From an uncultured Candidatus Micrarchaeota archaeon (GTDB lineage Archaea; Micrarchaeota; Micrarchaeia; Anstonellales; Bilamarchaeaceae): 64,000 nt of DNA. The notes under the pieces are model-generated. The model did no database searches. It saw only the letters and a list, made by a program, of their open reading frames with translations, and was not told where the DNA came from. The translations under genes and the position numbers were made by a program. Within the stretch, counting starts at the first letter, position 1. Every line of letters starts with the position of its first letter. Below, piece by piece: positions 58,645 to 64,000 of the stretch. The stretch covers positions 472,086 to 536,085 of the forward strand of contig CAWBTT010000002.1 in assembly GCA_963791815.1 (NCBI GenBank), read 5' to 3'.

Positions 58645-59990
58645 TGTACAAAGGAGAAGACAAAGTACTTGAATTTCTGAAAACACATAAAGAGACAACA
58701 TTGTTAGCAATTGCAAAAGCAACAAACCTGAACGAGGACAGTGTCAGAAGGATAGTGGAGTCCCTGCGTGAATCCGGCTCTGTAAAAACAGAGCAGCACG
58801 AATCATTCTCAGGCGTTCCTACAAAAGAATTTGTTGGATACATCAAATCAGAATTCCCAGAGTTTTCCGTTTTCAAAAAAGCTCTTGATGAAGCTTCAGT
58901 AAAAGACCTGAATCCACAGGAGCGTTCCATCGGCCTGCGGTGGGCAAAGGTAAAAGGCCTGATAAAAATCGAAGGCGGAGCGCTTGTCGCAGGAAAAACC
59001 GAGGAAGAGGCCGAAGCAAGAATATCCAAACTCAAATCTGCATATGAGAGCATTCTGGAAAATGGAACAACAGACGACAAAGTCACTCTTGATGAACTTT
59101 TCCAAAGGCATCTTCTCGAAAAGAAATCCGTGAAAACAACAAAAGTGACATTCCTGAAAATGAAGGAAGTATCAGGAGGCTTCAATGTCAATGTGCCATC
59201 GGCCGACGCTCCTTTGGGCAAGAGCCACCCTATTACAAAAATCACAAGGCGCATGAAATCAATCATGAGCGAGCTCGGCTTCCAGGAGATGGAGGGAAGC
59301 ATAATCGAAAGCTCATTCTGGAACTTCGATGCGCTCTTCCAGCCGCAGGACCATCCTGCAAGGGAACTGGCAGACACATTCTACCTTGACCACAAGAGCC
59401 CCCTGCCGGAGAAGAAACTTGTCGAAAGGGTTGCAAAGGCGCACGAAGAAGGATGGAAATATTCATGGAATCCGAAAGAGGCGCAGAAGTCTGTTTTAAG
59501 GACGCACACAACCTGCCTCTCAGCAAGAGCGCTGGCGTCCTTGAAAGATAAAAAACCAAAGAAATTCTTCGCAATCGGAAGGGTTTTCAGAAACGAGGCA
59601 ACTGACTACAGCCACCTGGCCGAATTCCACCAGGTCGAGGGAATAATCGCCTGGGACAAGGCAAAGTTCACTGATTTACTGGGAATACTCAAGGAGTTCT
59701 ACAGCAAGCTCGGCTTTGAGAAAATCAGATTCAGGCCAAGCTTCTTCCCCTACACTGAACCAAGCCTCGAGATTGAGGTTTATTTTGAAGAGAAGAAACA
59801 GTGGTTGGAACTTGGCGGCGCGGGCATATTCCGGCCAGAAGTAAGCATCCCCCTTGCAGGGGTGTATCCTGTTCTTGCCTGGGGCCTTAGTTTGGAGAGG
59901 CCGCTTATGCTTGCACTCGAATTGGATGACATAAGGACATTCTATAAAAATGATGCGGACTTTCTTATATCGTCAAGGTTGGAGATATGA
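58644..59990 (+). CDS. pheS: Phenylalanyl-tRNA synthetase alpha subunit (archaeal)
   Basis: Class II motifs FQPQDHPARE, FRNEATDYSHLAEFHQVEG, GAGIFRPEV. N-terminal wHTH domains. 448 aa. Confidence 0.9.
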   Translation: MYKGEDKVLEFLKTHKETTLLAIAKATNLNEDSVRRIVESLRESGSVKTEQHESFSGVPTKEFVGYIKSEFPEFSVFKKALDEASVKDLNPQERSIGLRWAKVKGLIKIEGGALVAGKTEEEAEARISKLKSAYESILENGTTDDKVTLDELFQRHLLEKKSVKTTKVTFLKMKEVSGGFNVNVPSADAPLGKSHPITKITRRMKSIMSELGFQEMEGSIIESSFWNFDALFQPQDHPARELADTFYLDHKSPLPEKKLVERVAKAHEEGWKYSWNPKEAQKSVLRTHTTCLSARALASLKDKKPKKFFAIGRVFRNEATDYSHLAEFHQVEGIIAWDKAKFTDLLGILKEFYSKLGFEKIRFRPSFFPYTEPSLEIEVYFEEKKQWLELGGAGIFRPEVSIPLAGVYPVLAWGLSLERPLMLALELDDIRTFYKNDADFLISSRLEI

Positions 59991-61909
59991 ATGTTAAAAA
60001 ATTAATCATAGGGGCGGTGTTAGTCCTATTCATACTATTCCTGGGTCTCGTAGGATTGCTTGCGATGATGTTCCTGGGCGATGTTGACATAAGCCCGATT
60101 CAGGATAAATCTCCGCCGGTATTTACAGTTATTGAAGTCGGCACTGCGGCAGATGATGGCTATGCGGTTTTCAATTACAGGGGGGAAGGAAACATCACAA
60201 TGCTTGCCCTTGACAACATGCCGAAAAAAGAAGTTGTAATCATCAATGACAGCAGGGCTATACAAGCAGACAAACTTCCTGACTTGGTTGATGATTTGCG
60301 CGTTCTTGAAAATTATGGATACAAACTCACAGTGGCAGAGGAGACAACAATTGCCGATGCAATCTATGTCATCCCAAGCGGAGCTCTTCCATCATACGCA
60401 CTCTTCAACCTGCAGCAGGGAAGCTCAACTGGGGTAATCCTTTATGTTGGCGACACTGACCTCATACTAAGCAGGGGAATCAAGCGCCAGGCCTGGTACG
60501 ATTCCTTAACTGAGGCGCAGAGAGCGCGAGTCGTTCATTACCAGGGCCCGTTCGATGATCTAATCAATTCCGAGAACTATACATTGCTCAATGACATTCT
60601 CTATGAAACATGGAACCAGCAGGCAAACACGACCATGAATGTTACTGATAGTGGCCAAGACACTATAGTTGCCAACCTTGATGGCTCAAAGTATGTACGG
60701 CTTATCTATGAACTTGACAATGAACTTTACGGAGTTTCTGACACTGGCCCGCTCCAGTTCACAAGCCAGTACCTGACCCCAATCCCGACCGAAGTATTCC
60801 CATGGGAGAGGGCAAAGCTTGATTTTGATTTGAACAAGACAAACGGCACTGCGGAGATGGAAATCCAGAAAGAAGGCAAAACAATCGAGAAGCAGTTCCT
60901 CCGGAGAGTGACTGATGACAATGTCTTCATCAAGTCCATGCAGTACCAGGAGCCTGGGGAATACATAATTCACGTTACTGACAATACCCACCGCGTGGCA
61001 AGCGGCATTCTCCATGTCAAAGACCTTGAGATAGAGTTGGTCGACCGCAGGGGCGTTACATTCCAGTTCGATGTCACTGTTGATGGGAAACCGCTTGACA
61101 ACACTGATGTCATGGTCGGCCTTGGCAACTCAGAGAAAAGCAAGTTCTATGTTAGTGGTGGGCAGCTCACTGTCCAGGCAAAGCCTGACCCTGGAGAGAA
61201 CATATTCAATATGGAAATATTCGGAACAACTTTGCCCTACCGCTACAACAATGACCAGAAAGGGTTCTTTGACTTCTATCTTACCTACGGCCTTCCAGGA
61301 ATTGGCCTTGTTCTTGTAATCTACTTTGGCGCAAGGCTCTCAAGAAAGCCAATGTACGGCGTCCGGTTTGGCGAGAGCGCAACATATATCAGGCAGGAAA
61401 TCAGGCTTCCCTTGGGAAGGGCACTTGAGAGCTTCAAAAGAATCAGATATGATATGAAGCTTGGCCACTCACCAATCACACCTCATGAATTTGCGATTTC
61501 ACTCAAAAGATACCTTACCAACGGGGCTGATGTCACAGAAGGAAATGTCGAGGAAATCCTGAAAAAATTGGTTGGCTCAGGCAAGCTCGAAGCTCACCGG
61601 GACTATTACCAGCTCAAAGGAGAAGGGGATGTAAGGAAAAACACTCTTAGAAGAATGGCCAGGGAAAAGCTGATTGAAAGCGGAACACCATTTACAGACA
61701 AAGACGGCAAATTCATCACCAAAGACTTTGAAATCGGCTTCTTTGGCCAGACCTTCAAGAAGAAGGGATTGGTAGTCCTTGATGATGCTTCTGAGATTGA
61801 GACGATACTCCAGTCGCTTAGTGAAACAGAGCGCTCCCGAATCGAGATTCTTCGGGCCAATGACATGCTGAGGTTTGTTCCAATAGGAAAACTCGAAGAT
61901 GTCTTATGA
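59987..61909 (+). CDS. Hypothetical bitopic/two-TM protein with large extracellular domain and ~190-aa cytoplasmic C-terminal domain
   Basis: N-terminal TM (IIGAVLVLFILFLGLVGLLAMMFL), second TM at about aa 430 (GLPGIGLVLVIYFGA). Overlaps pheS stop (ATGA) and the next gene's start. Confidence 0.45.
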   Translation: MNVKKLIIGAVLVLFILFLGLVGLLAMMFLGDVDISPIQDKSPPVFTVIEVGTAADDGYAVFNYRGEGNITMLALDNMPKKEVVIINDSRAIQADKLPDLVDDLRVLENYGYKLTVAEETTIADAIYVIPSGALPSYALFNLQQGSSTGVILYVGDTDLILSRGIKRQAWYDSLTEAQRARVVHYQGPFDDLINSENYTLLNDILYETWNQQANTTMNVTDSGQDTIVANLDGSKYVRLIYELDNELYGVSDTGPLQFTSQYLTPIPTEVFPWERAKLDFDLNKTNGTAEMEIQKEGKTIEKQFLRRVTDDNVFIKSMQYQEPGEYIIHVTDNTHRVASGILHVKDLEIELVDRRGVTFQFDVTVDGKPLDNTDVMVGLGNSEKSKFYVSGGQLTVQAKPDPGENIFNMEIFGTTLPYRYNNDQKGFFDFYLTYGLPGIGLVLVIYFGARLSRKPMYGVRFGESATYIRQEIRLPLGRALESFKRIRYDMKLGHSPITPHEFAISLKRYLTNGADVTEGNVEEILKKLVGSGKLEAHRDYYQLKGEGDVRKNTLRRMAREKLIESGTPFTDKDGKFITKDFEIGFFGQTFKKKGLVVLDDASEIETILQSLSETERSRIEILRANDMLRFVPIGKLEDVL

Positions 61910-63165
61910 GGATTTTTCTTATTTTGCTTTTGTTCTCAATTGCCTTTGCGCAGCCTTCCATAGAGAATATCATGGACTGGAATGGGGATTATGCAACCAA
62001 TCTTGAGAATGTCTACAATGTCTCATTTGCGCAGAATGGCACCATGGTTGCGACCTTTGGCAACTCAAGTGCGCGCAACATTTCCTTATCTGCAAGCGTG
62101 CAGGTTGCAGGCATGAATCTTCTCATGGACAATCTGACATATCCCCATGAGAATCTGAGCCTGATACTCGCAAGGGGGGAAGATGCGGGCCACCTGAACG
62201 CATTCCATGAGGATGGCTATACTGATTTTGTTTGCGATAAATACTGGTTCTACGGCAGCGGGCAATACCCTCACAGATGCGATTTTGACGGAGACAGCTG
62301 CGCTGAGTTTGAGAATGATAGTTTTGTGAATTATGATACCAACGCCACATTCATTTTCAATGATGTCAATGAGACTGTCCGCACATCATCCAACGTGATT
62401 GAGGTGCCATCAGAAATCCTTGAGGAGATGGAGCATTCCTCAGGAACGGATTTGCTGAATGTCTCTATCGTCTCAGCAGCGCTATTCACTACAATATTCA
62501 ATGACAGAGGATTTGCCGGGATGGACTGCACAAGCTACTACATCAACGTTACCCAGAATGTGACTCTATACCTGAACGCCTCATTCCCTGTCGCGGGCAA
62601 GCAGAAGCTCTTCTTCCAGCGCTCCCCAATTCTCAATGAGCAGTGGTTTCGGAACAACCAGTTCAACCTGATAATAATGTCCCAGAGCCCGCTCTATTAT
62701 GCTGAGACTTACCTGAACGGGAACCAGACAAAGAATTACACCCTAAGAGAGTTCAACACAACAAACAACAGCTTCAACCTAACTGAGATAGTTTCCAACA
62801 AGACAATTCCAGAAGGCTGGTCCGAGAGCCTCAATCTGACAACCCCAATCCCGCTTTCCGAAACCGATGATTCATACAGCTACATCTACGGGTTCAACTC
62901 AACGTATTCCGGCCTTGGCAAGAACACTCTTGGCATTCTTGTGATTGATTCGTTCATGGGGGAAGCTGAATATGAAAACGTAATCCTGAGCCGTATGCTT
63001 TCCTATAATGGCACGAAAAATGAGCTTGGAGGGGAAATAGACCCAAGCATCACAAGGGGAAGCGCCGGATTCCAGAAGGGCCAGATTTCAAATGTTGAAA
63101 TAGGTCTTGGATTCCTGGCAGTGATAGTTATGCTTGCCTTTGTCAATTTCTGGCTTAAAAAGTAG
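61906..63165 (+). CDS. Surface glycoprotein-like protein: signal peptide, about 20 N-glycosylation sequons, C-terminal TM anchor
   Basis: MRIFLILLLFSIAFA signal. Many N-x-S/T sequons (NVSF, NGTM, NSSA, NISL, NLTY, NDSF, NATF, NETV, NVSI, NVTQ, NVTL, NQTK, NYTL, NTTN, NLTE, NKTI, NLTT, NSTY, NGTK ...). C-terminal IGLGFLAVIVMLAFVNFWLKK. Confidence 0.5.
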   Translation: MRIFLILLLFSIAFAQPSIENIMDWNGDYATNLENVYNVSFAQNGTMVATFGNSSARNISLSASVQVAGMNLLMDNLTYPHENLSLILARGEDAGHLNAFHEDGYTDFVCDKYWFYGSGQYPHRCDFDGDSCAEFENDSFVNYDTNATFIFNDVNETVRTSSNVIEVPSEILEEMEHSSGTDLLNVSIVSAALFTTIFNDRGFAGMDCTSYYINVTQNVTLYLNASFPVAGKQKLFFQRSPILNEQWFRNNQFNLIIMSQSPLYYAETYLNGNQTKNYTLREFNTTNNSFNLTEIVSNKTIPEGWSESLNLTTPIPLSETDDSYSYIYGFNSTYSGLGKNTLGILVIDSFMGEAEYENVILSRMLSYNGTKNELGGEIDPSITRGSAGFQKGQISNVEIGLGFLAVIVMLAFVNFWLKK

Positions 63166-63414
63166 CTACTCTAAAGGGCCCCTTGCAAGAACAACTCCGG
63201 TTATCTCAGGGGTCTCTGGATTAAACGGCACATCCTTCTTTTCCATGATTACAATCCTCATTTGTACATTATAAATGTTTAGATGCCTGGGCCAGGGAAA
63301 TCTGCCAACTTGGGCCAGCTAATCATAATGGATGCGCTAATGTTTCCGAATCAAAAACCCCTGGACTTATATAAAATAGATATATTTATATTCCTTTATA
63401 GTATAAGTATATTT

Positions 63415-63684
63415 ATGACAGAAGCAGTGGCGCAGGTTATGCATTCCCCTACACTGAATACGGTCCTTATGATAGAGGATGTGCTGAAGGAAGCCAAGGA
63501 AATAATCAAAATCGCAGAGCTGAAGAGAAGGCTTCCTAGAAAAGTCATGCACAGCACAGTAGTGCAGGTGCTGGATTATCTACAGGAAAGCGGCAAAATC
63601 CTCATAACTACAAAAGGCATCCTCTGGATATACCGTCCTCCTGCTGAACTTGAAAAGCTCAAACAAGGGGGCCTTGAATTGTGA
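63415..63684 (+). CDS. Putative antitoxin (wHTH-like) of a RelE/ParE-type TA pair
   Basis: About 90 aa if started at MTEAVAQV after the AT-rich promoter-like stretch. Stop overlaps the GTG start of the downstream toxin-like ORF (GTGA). Confidence 0.35.
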   Translation: MTEAVAQVMHSPTLNTVLMIEDVLKEAKEIIKIAELKRRLPRKVMHSTVVQVLDYLQESGKILITTKGILWIYRPPAELEKLKQGGLEL

Positions 63685-64000
63685 AAAACAATCGGCCAGT
63701 GCGTGTAATCCTGAAAGACCAGGCCAGAGCCAGTTTTGAGGAGCTCAATCGGATTGTTGGTGAGCAGAAAGCAAGAGGGGCGACAAATTCAGAAGAGATG
63801 CAAATACTGAGATCCATTAAGCAGAAATCTGAACTTCTAAAAACAAATCCGACTTATGGGGATAAAATACCAAAGAAACAGATTCCAAAGGATTTGGATG
63901 TTTCGAACTTGTTTCGTATCAGCCTGACTGGGTATTGGCGGATGCTTTATTCATTGGAAGGAAACCAGATCGAGATTGTGGCATTCATCTTATATGTTGT
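63681..64000 (+). CDS. RelE/ParE-family toxin-like protein (3' end truncated by the window)
   Basis: VRVILKDQARASFEEL ... NLFRISLTGYWRMLYSLEGNQIEIVAFILYV parallels RelE (YFLDFDERALKEW ... DCYKIKLRSSGYRLVYQV ... VVFVISV). GTG start. Confidence 0.45.
   Translation, partial: MKNNRPVRVILKDQARASFEELNRIVGEQKARGATNSEEMQILRSIKQKSELLKTNPTYGDKIPKKQIPKDLDVSNLFRISLTGYWRMLYSLEGNQIEIVAFILYV

Overview
This window reads as an archaeal chromosomal segment, about 47-50% GC and densely coding. The hallmarks are a split transketolase (N and C halves as separate genes), PCNA, aIF5B, PurP, archaeal-type SAM synthetase, archaeal PheS/PheT and FtsZ. That suggests a euryarchaeal, DPANN or Thermoplasmata-like heterotroph carrying ADP-forming acetyl-CoA synthetase, thiolase and ATP-dependent PEPCK. 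All family assignments below come from motif recognition by eye, not from database searches.

Most of the window is housekeeping: an rpe-tktN-tktC-tal non-oxidative pentose-phosphate operon, purF, purP, pheT, pheS, trpS, pyrG, the aIF5B gene, SAM synthetase, ftsZ, nadK, and the CorA, MscS and CaCA transporters. One tRNA-Val(GAC) sits at 38974..39046. I found no CRISPR array and no rRNA.

The accessory or unusual content is:
- An AT-rich block (about 5290-7860) holding a free-standing double-motif LAGLIDADG homing endonuclease gene that overlaps the start of trpS.
- Three type II toxin-antitoxin modules (RelBE-like, VapBC, and a RelE/ParE-like pair cut off by the window end). The RelBE module has an 18-bp perfect palindrome over the antitoxin start codon.
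- A purQ gene interrupted by a +1 frameshift.
- A P-loop kinase fused to dCMP deaminase.
- A solitary Rad50 (CPLC zinc hook) with no Mre11, HerA or NurA nearby.
- A truncated cluster at the 5' edge: two PaaK/F390-synthetase-like paralogs, a phytoene/squalene-synthase-like gene, and an ABC-2 exporter whose permease carries a Pip/YhgE-like coiled-coil insertion.
- Several novel secreted, Cys-rich or tandem-repeat surface proteins.
- A four-gene translationally coupled unit with pheS embedded between surface-protein genes.

Coordinates that I derived by hand rather than from the ORF track may be off by 1-2 nt.
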